A stretch of DNA of 64,000 nt. Source: Camelus ferus. Lineage: Eukaryota. The notes beneath the pieces are model-generated. The model searched no databases. It was not told where the DNA came from and worked only from the letters and a program-made list of their open reading frames with translations. A program made the position numbers and the translations under genes. This document shows, in pieces, positions 49,811 to 63,903 of this stretch (positions are counted from its first letter, which is position 1; each line of letters begins with the position of its first letter). The stretch is taken from assembly GCF_009834535.1 (NCBI RefSeq), contig NC_045697.1:54686001-54750000 (forward strand), read 5' to 3'.

Positions 49811-52229
49811 ACTATGTGTCCTTGAGCTCTAAATCTGTACTGTATCATCGTGGGGACTCATTAAATATTTGTTGTTTCTGTTGAAATTGAGTACCCTTTC
49901 TTCACTTTTCTGAGTTTCTTCTCCATCTTTCCATCTGTCCATCCATCCATCCATCCAGTTATCTTCTATGTGCTTGACACATCTCAAGACTCACTCCAAT
50001 TTCCCACAAAAAGCTTCCAATCTTGGCTTCCAAGTCTTCTTCCATAACTCTTTAATTTCTCTTTCCAAATCCTAGGAAGGAACAGTGATGGTGAGTCTAC
50101 TGGGGAGATAGTTGGCACAAGCAGTATTTATGTAATGAGAGACTGTGTACCTCTGAATGTAACGATGTGCTCTATCTGATAATACTATTCTTTTCTTTCT
50201 GACACTTAAAGCAATCTCAAATAACTGTGCTTTTTTTTACTTTCTCACTTGAATTTCTAGTCTTAGAAAATAAAATGCATTGTACCAGTTTTGTTCTCCA
50301 TCGTATCTCTAACATCTAGCAAAGTGACTTCTACCTAGTAAGTACTCAGTACACATTTGTTAAAGGAAAAAATAAATTAAATAAATAAATTATGGAGTTG
50401 ACATTATGACTTTGTGTTTTGGGAGGGTATGAATTAGTATGACTCAATGTCCTACTTTGGACCTCTGCCTTTTTTTTTCTTTTAAATGTAAGTATGCTTG
50501 ATTCAGTGTGTGTGTATGTGTGTTGGGGGTGACCTGGTGATCACTTTATATTGAACAACTCTCTGTTTTTTGGAGGGGATACAATTTTACAGTTGGTAAT
50601 GTGGCTAGGTCAAAAGCTCATTTAAAAACTCTTATTAGTGTTTCTACAATATAATTTTGAGTTAAGTGGAAGTAACATATAAATTATCAAGCTAAACCAA
50701 ACTAATGCCATATATTCTTAGAGTCCTACAACTTATTCCGATATATATGCCAATGACTTTAGCATTTGGTACACCTTATTGCTGTATACTTTTAGTGCTG
50801 CTTGACTTCATTTATATTAATGTGTTAGCTAAAACTTAAAGAAGAAATTAAAAATAAGGTATTATTCACATCAAACATTGTGGTACCACTATTTTAAACT
50901 AAATCTTGGGAGTAAAAATTCTTACGGGAAAGCTATCTAAGCTTTTCAAATTATATTGCATCCATAAATGGAACTGGAGTCTCAAGCAGCATTTATGTCT
51001 TAGTCTGAGTTGTAGCTTGCTTCGCTGCTCCCTAAACACAACGTTTTCCACTATCGACGTGGGACATGTGCTCTTCCAGCTCAGCATGCTATGGAGCTCA
51101 AGTGTGGCACGTTTACACTGGCAGCTCCTCAGGAAGAAAAAAATAGCACGGGGAACATGGAAGTCTTAACTGTAGAAGAGGTTCGAAATAAACATGTTGA
51201 AGCACTAAGCTTTCAGAAAGTAATAATTTTCCTGATTTTTATTAGAAACAGGATATACGAGCATAGCAATGAATGGTAAATCAGCATCTCTCCCTCTTTA
51301 CCAGCTTTTATGATCAGCGTTAATGGCGGCAACTGTCACTGAGATTATGGCTGCTTTATTTCAAGGGAGTCTAAGAGGCAGAGCATAGTACGAGTATTTT
51401 CTAAACATGTATTTTTAAAGTCAGCCATTTGGGTTTTGCAGGGATGACAAACGATTCCTAAGGAGGGCTTAAAAATGGAGAGGGATGGAGTGAAAGAGGG
51501 AAAGAAGCGGGAGAAATAGTATCATTTATTTGATGTAGAAATTTGGATGTTAGTTATCATCCACATTTCTGTTAGCCATTTTATTCCAGCCTAAGTGGTG
51601 CCAAAATTATTTTATTGATCAGCTATCCTGGGACTGAAAAAGCCACGTCCTGACCAGGGACATGTGGCTTTTACTTCCCATTAGTAAATCAGTATGGGCC
51701 TCCAGAGTGTAGTTGGTTTAACTACATTTGTGATTATTTTGTGAAAGATAAAATCCCCTATCTGTCACTTCCCAGACCTTAAGCCCTTATGGGAGTTTAC
51801 AAAGTCGTAGGAAGGAGATCATCTCCACCATCTTTCTCCCAGTGTCTTCTGTGTGTTTGATAAGGGGAGCTAACGTATACGGCTGTGGTACAAAAGGCAC
51901 CCAAAGCAAACTGTTCCTGTTGAATAGCAACAGTGCCATTAGCAAGAAAGGAAGCTTTCACGCTGTATCTGACTTAAAAACATTTTGAAGGTGGACCAGA
52001 TGTGAAAAAAATTCCTGCTCTGTCCTCATTGCCCTGTTAGAACTACTGCCACTAAAGCCATTATGATAATGTATGAAGGTTTTAGAAAATGTGTTGGTGC
52101 AGAAATGGAGGAAAGAAAGAGCCACATAGAGGACCTGACCCTCAGCCTGTATAGCTGTCTTCTCTAGAAAACCCTTGGCATTTAAAACGTCGTTTTTCCC
52201 TTCACTTCTAAGTTGTCAGAATATTTCTT

Positions 52230-52500
52230 TTGTTCATTTATTTATTTATGAACAAATCATTATTGAGTATATAATAAGTGCCAGACATGCCCCTAGGATT
52301 TGAGCATACACTGGGGAGTGATGCAGAAATGGTGCCTGTCCCAGAGAACTCAGGTGGAGATGACATAGTCAGACAAGGAAGCTAACTGCTAGAGGGACAC
52401 ATGGCAGAGCTGCCTAATTTCACCTATAGAGGTTAGGGAGGGCTTCCTGGATGAAGCAGCTTCTAAACTACTACCTAAAGGATGAGTTGGAGTTAAATTC
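52230..52500 (-). mobile_element. L2 3' end
   Basis: ttcatttatttatttatgaacaaatcattattgag...aagtgccagac...agggagggcttcctgga. Confidence 0.65.
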
Positions 52501-52914
52501 CACACTGAATGTCTTCATAGACAATGTATATAAAATAACTTGTAAATTGTGAAGCACTATGCACAGATTATATTTTACTATTAATTTTCTTGTAATGAGG
52601 TAATCTTTAAATATCATGTACCTTAAAATATCTAAATATATTTTGATGTATGTTGTGACAGCAGTATTGTTATTAGAGGTAGGAAACATCATTTATAGGT
52701 ATGTTGCTTTCTGAATCTATGTAAAATATATCACTTTCTAGACCTAGTGCTCTCTAATCCACCTAAGTACTCAGTCTTATTCAATTGAGGGACTCAGTTA
52801 GCGAGAACTTTCCCATCAGGAGGGACTGAAAGGGTAAATAGCTTCTATTCTGGATTGGAGCCAGTGGGTTACGACCATTGCCTGCCTATTCCATGGGTGG
52901 ATGGTTTGAGTGTG

Positions 52915-53030
52915 ATAGGGAGTCAGAAAACTTGGGTTCTTGTTCTGATGTAGCAATTAAATAGGTAAATGGCCCAAGACGAGACACTGTATTTCATTTG
53001 GTCTCATTTCCTCATCTGTAAAATGATGAC
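52915..53030 (+). mobile_element. MIR fragment
   Basis: ggagtcagaaaacttgggttct...tctcatttcctcatctgtaaaatg. Confidence 0.7.
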
Positions 53031-54939
53031 TTGTAAGAGACAATCAACGATAAACTTTCTAGAGCAGCTTCTGAGTTGAAGTACTGATGTTATCCCCAAA
53101 TCATTTATTGATGCCTTTTCTTCTTGATTTCCTATTGTAAGAATCTCAAGAGAACTTAAGTTACATGCTGATTTCCTTACTCTATGGAGCAGGCTTGCTC
53201 TGCTATTAAGTCAAAAGGGAGGAGATGCAAGTTGCATTTACATCTAAATATAGTTACATGTATATGCGAAGGTGTGTATAGATGTGGGTTGTCAAACTGC
53301 TAAGCTAAAAATATCTTCAGAATGAAAAAGGTCCTGAAAAATGTCAACACACTATTTTGTTCCCTTTGCTTATTTATTTGAACTCCTTTTTTCTGCCCCA
53401 GATTCAAGAAAGATCATTTGTAAGAGGAACTAATAGGTAGCAAACGTGGGAACTTTTCTGAACTGAGGCTTACAATGATACAGTAGTGCAACGTTTAATG
53501 TGTAGTAATTTTGATGTATGTCAGAGACTAAAATAAGACCACAGGTATTTTATATAGTGGAAAACAATGGTAGGTAATATCTGTGAGATATTTTAGCTAA
53601 TTGGTGAGAATGTTCCAACATTCTATCCCCATAATTCAGAGCTTTCTCCTTACACTTACACTACTGGCTTACTTTTTACCTATTAAACCATCTCAAATAA
53701 GGCAGCCTCACTGAGAAAATACAAATATGCCAGTAGTTTCTTCTCTGAAATTATAGTGAGGATTTTACCCAGTGATGTATTCCTCTCCTCATCCCAACAC
53801 ACACATTGCTTATGTGACCACCAGACATCATTCTAGTTTTATAAGACAGAGGGACATGTGAGGGACACATCATGACAGATGCCTAACAGATAAGCCAACA
53901 TGAAGAAGACTTGAATAGCATTTTCCTGATGAAAGCTGATTTCTGGGCTGTATCTGTCTTGGCAAAGAGAGTCATACTGCTGGATGACAAGTATTTTGAT
54001 TAAAATTGAACAAACAGTAGCCTTAAGTTGATGCATAAGCTGTTGATGCTTTCATGTCAACAAATAAATACTGAGTCGGAACAGGCTGTAAAAGCAACAG
54101 CAAAAACCTTTCCTGCCTCTTACTCTCCTGTGGCAATCAAACAGCAAGCTGATGCCAGCCCTTGCCTCTCTGGATTTATGAAAATCCCGGGGGAAGGAAA
54201 GAAATCACACAGTTCCCCTCTTCACTTACTCTTGTACTAATACTGTCAAAATTGTTTTCTTCTGTTTTTATATTGTTGATATTATTTCTATTACTTTTTT
54301 ATATTATTGATAAAGAATATATAGGTCACAGAAGTTAAAGGACTGCTTTTTTTTAATTGTTTTGGCAACAGGACTTTTTTTTCGTTCTTTTTCTAGTAGA
54401 GAAAAAAGTGTTCTTGGTTACTGATTATAGCTATTGAGTCAGTGCCTGAAAACATGCACATGCGTGCAAGCACACACACCTGAAAACAGAACATTTCTTG
54501 GGGTTCAGGATACCAGAGTTCTAGGTCCAAAGATATTTCCCACTAGATGTGTGCCTGAGGTGGGTGCTACACTGAGCTGCCCAGATCCCCCATTCCCTGG
54601 AGGCTGATGGCTCAAAAACCTTATCCTTCTGCAGACAGACACCTTTCTGTCTAAGTCACTCAGTGGTGGTAGGTACAAAGGCCCATTGTAGGTTGGCGAC
54701 AGGCTAGCCCTTGAGTCAGGTTCTGGTCAATCTTGCCTTTCAATTTCTTCCCCAAATATTCCCTTTACTTTCTGTCTAAATTCTATCATCACCCCCATAC
54801 CATGGAACTCAGATCCATTTCCTCCATGAAATTTTCTGCAGCAAGTCTAGTACACATTGATTTCTTACTTCTTTTTATTTCTAGGGTATCCAAACCTCCA
54901 CATTTGTTTAAATGCTTTCCAGTTGAAAAACTATCTTCA

Positions 54940-55150
54940 CATGCCTTCCCTGATTGGATCCTCAAAACTACTTCATGGTTTGGTGAAAACAAGTATCGTT
55001 ATTCCCACTTCACAGTGAAGTCCAAGGGTAAGAAAGAAAGAGTGGTTTGCTCTAGGTCAAAATTGGCATCTGATAGATCTGGGATTCAAATCTGTGTGTA
55101 ATAACTCTGCACTTGATGGTGTTCTTACCACTTAAATCGCGCTGCCTTCT
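54940..55150 (-). mobile_element. MIR fragment
   Basis: gatcctcaaaac...attcccacttcacag...ctgggattcaaatc. Confidence 0.6.
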
Positions 55151-57049
55151 CAGATGCATTTGGTGCTGTGTCGTTAAGGGAATTGTGTGCATCAACGTAC
55201 TGCTTTGGGCTTCATCTTGCTGCTATAGATACTGTGCCTTCTTTATCCCAAGGATGTAGGAAGGCCTTTAAATTCTTTGACTTAGGATTCTGCTAACAGC
55301 ATTAGTGTTTCAGCTTTGGAAGAAAAACTTGTCATGTCCCCCCCATTCCTTCACTCAGGTTTTCAAAAGCATGGAGCCTCTGAGAGGACTGGGTCAAAGG
55401 AGAACTGGGTCCAAACATCAGGAGAGACAGAAGTGGGTGATGTTGGAGAGGAGAGAGGCTTTGAGAGTTTTAGGCAAGACTTAGAAGGAATCTTCCAGGT
55501 TCCATCAATAGTGAGGACTAGTCTTTTCTCCCCTGGGGCTCCCTGGGGCAGAGGCTGGACCTCCGTAGTGAATGTTAATGCTCTACACCCAGGGAAGCTG
55601 AACAATCTCCTTGTCCAAGTTTCACCCAGGACCAGTGGTGGCACATGAATGAGGCCTCTTTCAGGATTGTTCAGTGTACATATCAGTGGTGACCAGTGTG
55701 GGCTGAAGATCTAAGGACCCTTTCTTGAATATCTTGGGTTGCAGAAGACTCTCAGTTTTTGTGTGATTGTGAGAAGGGGTGGTTCCTCCCCATATTGCTG
55801 GTATTTTCATTTCCTACCATGCAGGCAGGTGTGGGCTCAGAGTAGATGCATGTTATTGAGAAAAAGTGAAATACTAATGACCCTTCTCACACCTGACCTT
55901 TGTGGTGTGCTCGCTTCACACTCACCTTATATGCACGCCATCATTGTTGGTTTTATTAATTGATCATCTTCTGGATGAGACTGCAGTTTCCCTCGGGTGA
56001 GGGTTGTCCTTAGACTAGTTTATGTCGCCTCAGTCACTATAACTTTACAGTGGAACTAGTAGGAACTCATTAAAATATAACAACAACAAAACCAAACTAA
56101 ATGTTCAGATACAGACTTACTTCTGATCTTGGATAAAGGACTTGTTAATTTGAATACTGAATATCCTGTTAAAGTAAAAATACATTTTTCTATTTCTTGC
56201 GTTTTCTGAGCCAGTTTGGCTACGCCCTTGAAGGAGTCCTCCCCAGCCATGATCAGCATCGCAGGCCCCGTTCATGCATGCAACTCCAGACTCTGCTGCT
56301 CTCTTTTCATTTTAAACCTGTTGTTCTGCTTTGTGTTCCTGGTTTTGCCTTTTGTTCTTTCTTGCCTAGATTCTGTTGCTTTGCCTAACCTCTTGAGATG
56401 GATGACCCAGTTTTGTGGCCTCCTTCTTTGGCTTTGTATTATCCCCTGGACATTGCATTTGGATCATCTTTATCTCCATACTCTGCAGAATTTGGGCCAT
56501 TCTGGCTTCACTAATGGCTCCCAAGATTCCATTCTGAGTTCCATGTTTGTCTGGGAAGGGACATCAGGCTAATATTTGATCTGGTGAATTAAACTAATGA
56601 CCACTTACAGTACATCAAGTAGATGATGCACATACGGGTTATCATACTGCACTAGGTATGGCTTTGTTTTATACAAACCTACTGAACATTAGTGTAGTGA
56701 TAAGGTTTGCAAGGGAAAGTCTCTGCTATTGTAATTTATTTGGTCAGATGGAATTCTAAGCTTAACTTAAAGAATGTAAACCAAAATAAAACAACAATCA
56801 GAACAAAAGCTCTACTTTGGAATTTGACAAGAATAGAGAGATGTTTATGTTTCCCTAGTTTGTTTTGTTTATGTATATCTCTGAATAAAGAGTTTCTCTG
56901 TTTGGTCACCATTATCCTTCAGTTTACAAATTGATTTAATTTTGGACCTGGGCCTGTGAACGTATTGGTGTATGCTTATACCCATAAGTGAAGATTCTAA
57001 AGGATTTCATCAACTCTCTTTTTTTTTTTTGGATAACTTTTCTAGGTTT

Positions 57050-57380
57050 TAGAAGCTCTATACATTTATCTCATTTATTCCTCACAGTAATCTGGCAGGG
57101 TATGCATTGTTATCTCCATTTTAGGGATAAAGGTAAAATACCATGGCCAACGTTTAAAGCCAGTAAGTGACTGAGGTTAGATTTGAGCTGCAGCCTCTTG
57201 ACTCAAGACTGCCCTCTTCCTATTGCACCACCACTGACAATTCAGTCCACTTTAAGCTCAAATCTAGGTTAGTGTTTCTCAAAATATGATGTCCAAGGAT
57301 CACCTGCATTAGAAGCACCTGGGAGTGTAATTAAAACTCCTGCCTGACTTCTGACCTATTGCACTAGAATCTCAAACTCC
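57050..57380. mobile_element. MIR (minus, ~57050-57230) followed by a MER5-like hAT fragment (~57270-57380)
   Basis: tctcatttattcctcacagtaatc...ccattttagggataaag; agtgtttctcaaaat...cacctgcattagaagcacctggg. Confidence 0.6.
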
Positions 57381-57489
57381 CTGTAGGCAACTCCTTTCTC
57401 CCTCCTTCCTTCCCTCCCTCTCTCCCATTTTCTCCTTCTTTTGTTCCTTTGGCTAAGCTTATCAGTGAATCTCTCATGGTATCTTCATT

Positions 57490-60400
57490 TAAATTTTAAA
57501 GTTTTTCTTTTCTTAAGAACATTTCAAACATATATTAAATTAGAGAAAATATAATGAATCCTCATATATGCCTCTAAGATTCAGAATGAGCAATATTTTG
57601 CCACTCTAGATTTAGTTATATCTCTTTGTGATCACTGGAAATATTTTAAACACATGTTTTTAAAAGCAAAAGCATTTAAAAATAAATACCAGGAATTAGG
57701 TCATTTTATCATGACATACATCAATATTAATTCCCCCCAAAATGGTTGTCTTCTTATAGAATCCATGATGTTATTATAGCTAACAAAATTAATAATTCAT
57801 TTCATAGCCCATCTATGTAAAAATTTTCCTTAGACTGAAAAATAGCCTTTTTTTTTTTTTTTTTACTGGTTTGTTAAAATTAAGATCCAAACAAAGGCCA
57901 TAAGTTACATTTGTTTGTTATGTGTCGTCAGTCTTCCTATCAACCCTCTTTCCAAATACCATAGATTAGATTTGAACTTTTTGTTAATAGAAACATATAT
58001 GCATAAAGTCATGCTTTTAAAAAATCTGTTAAATGTGCTTCAGTGGATTATAGTGAATACTTTTTGTAATGTCTCATCTTTAGACATTGAGAACACTTTT
58101 TGACTGAATTCTGGATTCTTTTGGTAAGACTCCATTAGTCTTTGATGGATTCTTTGCTTTCTGGAACAATAATATATTCCAGATTAATCTTGAATATTTC
58201 AGGTCTCAAATCTGGATTCGGCCATTCTTCCAAAAATCTTTGGTTCTTTTACTGGAAATAGTATTTAGATACAGCAGTTTGACACTTGAAGTTCTCGTTT
58301 GATTGGGATGCCATGCTCCCAAGACTTTTCAGGACAAACAGCTGGAAAAGGTTTATTTTTAAAAGAAAAATAAACATCACATTTAAATATATATATTACC
58401 AGTTTAATTGTAAAATTACAAGAAATTTATTCAATGTATTTTATACTTGAATCTCTCTCCTCCTTTGCTGAAAATCGTATTTCACATCAGTTTTTTTTAA
58501 CCTTTTTTTCTAATTTTTTTATTGTGGTAAAATGCACAAATATAAAATTTATCATCTTAACCATTTTTAACTGTACAGTTCTACCAGCATTAAGATTATT
58601 ACATCAAGTTTAAATATATTTTCTGCTTTTTTTTCCTTTAAAATGTAATCCATCTAAGAATTTAAAGTCAAAATATATTGTGAAGTCACTTGAAATGAGT
58701 TTCTCTTGTGGTTATGCCACCAGTGTGGTATATGGTTAGGTTCATTTATTTCTGCCCATTTTCAACTCTTAGTGATTAATTTTAATCTTATTTTCAACAT
58801 ATATAGCAATTGCATCTTCCAAAATCAAAACTGTTTTATGAGGTATATTCAGAAAAATCTTGCTTCCATCCCCAGCCCCTCTTTTCTGTTCCCTTTCTAT
58901 CACAATTGATAACCATATTTTAATTTAAAATTTTGTTTTTTAAATAAATAAAAGTATATAAACACATTCACATAAGAGGAAGCATAATATATATATTTTT
59001 CTCTATTTTATTATCTCCACATACTATATCTTAGAGATACTGTCATATTCATATGTAAGAATCAATTTGATTCTTGTTTTGGTTACATAGTATACAATTG
59101 TGTGGCTGTATCACAGTTTATAAAACTGGTCCCCTGTTGATGGGTATTTTGGTTGTTTCTCATAATTACTTTTAAAAATAATTTTATAGTAAATAATATT
59201 CATAAATCATTTCATACTCTTCCCAGTTTGTCTTTGAAATAAATTCCTTGAGGTAAAAGCATCAAAGGTCAAAAGCATTTTTTAAATAACTATTTTAATA
59301 GACTTTAATTTTTAACTAGTTTTAGGCTCACACCAATGTTGGGCAGAAGGTACAGAGATTTCCCATATACTCCCTGCCCCTACACATGCATAGCCTCTGC
59401 CATTATCAACATCCTCCACCAGAGTGGTACATTTGTTATAATTTACGAACCTACACTGACACATTATTATCACCTAAAGGCCATAGATTATGTTAAGGTT
59501 CATTCTTAACCCATTGTACATTCTATGGGTCTGGACAAATGTATAAGGACATGTGTCCATCATTATAGTATCACACACAGTGTTTTCACTGCCCTAATAA
59601 TCTGTGCCCTGACTATTCATCCCCCACCCAACAGCCTCTGTCAACCATTGATCTTTTTGCTGTCTCCATAGTTTTGCCTTTTCCAGAAAGTCATTTGATT
59701 GGAATCATACAGTATATAGCCTTTTCAGATTGGCTTCCTTCATTTAGTATTACAGATTTAAGTTTCCTCCATGTCTTTTCATGGCTTAACATCTCAGTTT
59801 TTAGTGTTGAATAATATTCCACTGTCTGGATGTATCACAGTTTATTAATTCATTCACATACTGAAGAATATCTTGGTTGCTTCCAAGTTTTGGCAATTAT
59901 AAATAAAGGTGCTAAAAACATTTGTGTGCACAGTTTTGTGTGGATATAAGTTTTCAACTCCTCTGAGTGAAATACCAATGTGTGAGATTGCTGGATCATA
60001 TGAATACGTTTACTTTGTAAGAAACTCCCAAACTATCTTCCAAAGTGACTGTATTATCTTGCATTCCCATCAGCAATGAATGAGAGTTCCTGCTACTCCT
60101 CATCCTTCCCAGCTTTTGGTGTTGTCAGTGTTCTGGATTTTGATCATTCTAGTAGGTGTGTAGTGATATCTCGTTTTATTTACATTTCCCTTATAACATA
60201 TGATGTGAAGCATCTTTTCATATGCTCATTTGCTTCTTTGGTGGTGTCTGTTCAGGTCTTTGGCCCATTTTAAAATTGGATTATTTGTTCTCTTATTGTT
60301 AAGTTTTAAATGTTCTTTATGTATTTTGGATAATAATCTTTTATCAGATGTGTCTTTTGCAAATATTTTCTCTTAGTCTGTGGATTGTCTTTTCAATCTC

Positions 60401-61950
60401 TTGACAGTTTATTTCACAGAGTAGAAGGTCTTAATTTTTATAAAGTCCAGCTTATTAATCATTTCCTTCGTGGATCATGCTTTTGATATTGTATCTAAAA
60501 AGTCATTACCAAACCCAAGGTCATCTAGATTTCCTCTTATGTTATCTTTCAGGAGTTTTACAGTTTTGCATTTTACATTTAACTCTGTGATCCTTTTTGA
60601 GTTATTTTTTGTAAGGGTGTAAAGTTTGTGTCTAGATTCGTTTTTTGGGGCATGTGTATGTCCAGTTGTTCTAGCACTATTTGTTGAAAAGATTATCTTT
60701 TATTCATTGGAAACCCTTTGCTTCTTTGTCAACAATCACCTGACTGTATTTATGTCAGTCTATTTCTGGGTTCTCTATTTGTTCTATTGATCCGTTTGTC
60801 TATTCTTTCACCAGTGCAACGCTGTCTTGATTACTGTAGCTTTATAGTAAACTTGATGTCATGTACTGTCAGTCCTCCAACTTTTGTTCTCCTTCAATAT
60901 TGTGTTGGCTGTTTTGAGTCTTTGCCTCTCCATTTAAACTTTAGAATAAGTTTGTTGATATCTACAAAATAGCTTGCTGGGCTTTTGTTTGATAGTATTG
61001 AGTCTTCCTATCCATAAGCATGAAATATGTCTCCTTTTATTTAATTCTCCTTTGATTTCATTCATCAGAGTTCTAAGTTTTCCTCATATACATCTTATAC
61101 ATATTTTGTTAGAGTTATACTAAAGTATTTTACATTGGGGCCCTAATGTAAGTGATCTTGTGTTTTTAATTTCAAGTCCAACTTGTTTATTGTTGGTATA
61201 TAAGAAAGTGATTGACTTTTGTATATTAACCTTTTATCCTGCAGCCTTATTGTAATCACTTATTAATTCCACATTTTTTCTATATATTGCCAAACTGTTA
61301 CCTTAACGGTTGTTTCCATTTGCGTTCCCACCAAAAATTTATGAAAGTTCCTATTCCTAATATTTTCCCTAATAGATTTTATTGTCAAACTTTTAGATTT
61401 TGCTAGTCTGATAGGTGAGTGATATACTCTCATTACAGTCTTATTTTGAATTTCTATTATTGAGTGAGGTTGGCCATTTTATCTTATCTTTAAGGGACAT
61501 TTTAAATTCTTCTATGAACTACCTGTTCATATCATTTGCCCATACATCTATTGGGGTTTTGGTCTTTTTATCTGGGAATTTTAAGAGCTCTTTTTCATAT
61601 CAGTTATGGTGGTCTTTCCTCCATGTGGCATCAGTTTTCTCCAAGTTTTAATGTACATTTCTCATTTTGTTTATAGTGTTTCTACTGTGCAGAATACATT
61701 TAAATTATTAATCAATTATTTATTCTTTTTTCTTGAATTGCTACTGGATATTGAGATAGAACATTTTCTGATTACAGATTGAAAAGGCATTTGTCCATGT
61801 CTTCTTCTAGTTCATACAAAACTTTAATATATTTTTAACCTTTAATATATGGTCTTTTTGAAGTTTATCCTGGTGCATTATGTGAGTTTCAGATTCAATT
61901 TTACCTTGGGCTAAAGTGCTTTCCAATTTTTCTGAAACCAATTGTTAAAA
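57490..61950 (-). mobile_element. Stack of old minus-strand L1s (L1ME/L1MC-like) including an L1MC1-like element at ~59285-61270
   Basis: tttaatagactttaattttt...cagaaggtacagagatttcccatatac...ccaccagagtggtacatttgtt (L1MC-type 3'UTR) followed by reverse ORF2 sequence. Confidence 0.85.
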
Positions 61951-62595
61951 AGTTTGCCAGGTAGTTTCTAGTGATACTAGAGTTTGAGGATATAGTTTAT
62001 AAGAACAAAGGTTTTTTTAGAAGAAAAATAAAATATATATACTTTCCAGATGTGGAAAATAAATTTGCATACAAAAACTCAAAAAAGTTAGGAATAATAT
62101 TTTTGAGGTAAATGTTAGTGTATTTTCAACTAGAGCCCAAATTCATTAGATTTAAAATATTTTTACTTCCCCCCATACTTCTAATTCTAAGTTTGATATT
62201 TCAGAGTTTCCTGGAGAGTAGTATTCTCTCAGTCTTCTGAAAGGAAAATAAATTTAAAAGTCATTTGTCAAAATACAAATCTTAAATTTTCTACATATTC
62301 CATTACAGACTTTTCAGTAAATTAAAATTGAATATTAAAGTTACAGACTTTTAATGAATATTGGGACATGCTCCAAGCTAAAAATTCAGAAAGAACAAGC
62401 TTTTTTTAAGATAACAATTTAATCCAGATATAACATTGTTGTTGCTTATAGAATCTCACTATATGGTTTAGAACAAAACTGGTTTCCTCTGCTTACTCTG
62501 AAAATCAGCATGTCCACTGACCGAGTCAAATAAATAGTCTCAGAAATTATTTTGTAAAATTTCTCTATTTCTGAGGGTAAAATTATCGCCTATAT

Positions 62596-63125
62596 TGATG
62601 CCCTCTGACCATCCAGAACAAACCTGTAGTTGGATGACTTGGATTTACGCTCACTGTAATAAGATTGAGGGAGACCAAATACCTGGCCATGGAAAACCAC
62701 GGGGCCTCCCAGTAAGAGTGCTAGAAAGGGCTTTGAAAATAGAATTTTGGTATTGTTTAGGTGATTTGGGGGAAGATATAAGGAATCTTAAATCTTTGTT
62801 CTGAAGCTTTGTTCTGAATTGGATGCTGTCGGGAAGTGAGGATAATTCTATGATTAGGTATATTAATAAATCTTATCTAGAAGGAGGGAAGACTAGAGTG
62901 AGGCTTAAGCTATAGCAACATTTGCTCAGCACAGGGAGATGTTTGGTCATTTCTCTGATTTGGACAATGTTTACATTTTTCTCTGCGCTCAGATGTGATT
63001 ATACAGTAGACTTGTTTCTGCTTGATATCATGGTCAGAGAATGCTTTGTCTGATGTTGTTTTCAGTGAAAAAGTGTTCATAATAATTTCCAGGTGTCAGG
63101 AACTGCTTTTTTCTTTTGTGCTCCA
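62596..63125 (-). mobile_element. Old LTR (MER68/MER77-group-like; family uncertain)
   Basis: ttggatgctgtcgggaagtgaggataattctatgattagg...gaaggagggaagactagagtgaggct motifs. Confidence 0.6.
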
Positions 63126-63179
63126 AGTAATGCAGAACTTTCCCTTTTTTGTCCAACTTGTATGCAATAAAATATACCT

Positions 63180-63903
63180 CTATTAGTCAAGATAACAAGT
63201 TCCAGCTGCTGTAGCAAAATCTTAGTTGCCTAACACAGTCATAGTTTCTTATGCATACACAACACAATACCAGTATTTCTAATTGGGCCAGTCTTCAGGC
63301 TTTATCCATCTTGTCTACCAAGTATGGCTGTCCTACAAATGTGGCTTCCAAATTTGCCACAAGAGGGGAAGAGAAAGTGGAGAAAGCACACCAGGTAATT
63401 AAATACCTTGTTGCATAAGTGACACATGTCACTTTTCTTATGTTCCATTGGCTAGGTTAGTCATATGACCCCATATAGATTTGAGGAGGTATACTGGATA
63501 AAGTTGTGCAAAGAAACAGAACCAACCAGATGCATGTGTGTGTGTGTGCGTTATTGTAAGGAATTGGCTCACATGATTATGGAGACTGGCAACTCCAAAT
63601 CTGCAGGATAGGCCAACAGGATGGACACCCAGGGATCAGCTGATGTTGCAGTTGAAGTCTGAAGGCCATTGGCTGGTAGAATTCTGTCCTTCTCGAGGGA
63701 GGTTAATCTGTTCTATTTAGGACTTCAGTTGATTAGATGGGGTCCACACATCCTATAATGGGCAATCTTCTTTACTCAGTGTTCACTAATATAAATGTTA
63801 ATCTCATCCAAAAAACACCTTCACAGAAACATCTATAATGATGTTTGATGAAATACCTGGACACCATGGCCCAGCCAAGTTGAAACATAAAATTAATCAT
63901 CAC
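63180..63903 (-). mobile_element. Old MLT1 LTR (~63180-63490) and MLT2 LTR (~63490-63903)
   Basis: ttccattggctagg..agtcatatgacc; gaaacagaacca...ggaattggctcacatgattatggag...ggcccagccaagttgaaacataaaattaatcatcaca. Confidence 0.8.

Noticed and set aside
55907..55917. gtgctcgcttc, the first 11 nt of U6 snRNA
   Set aside because: Similarity stops immediately; no U6 body, tail or TSD.
56635..56705. Resemblance to the mir-101 hairpin (ggttatcat / gtgataa)
   Set aside because: Mature miR-101 sequence and seed are absent.
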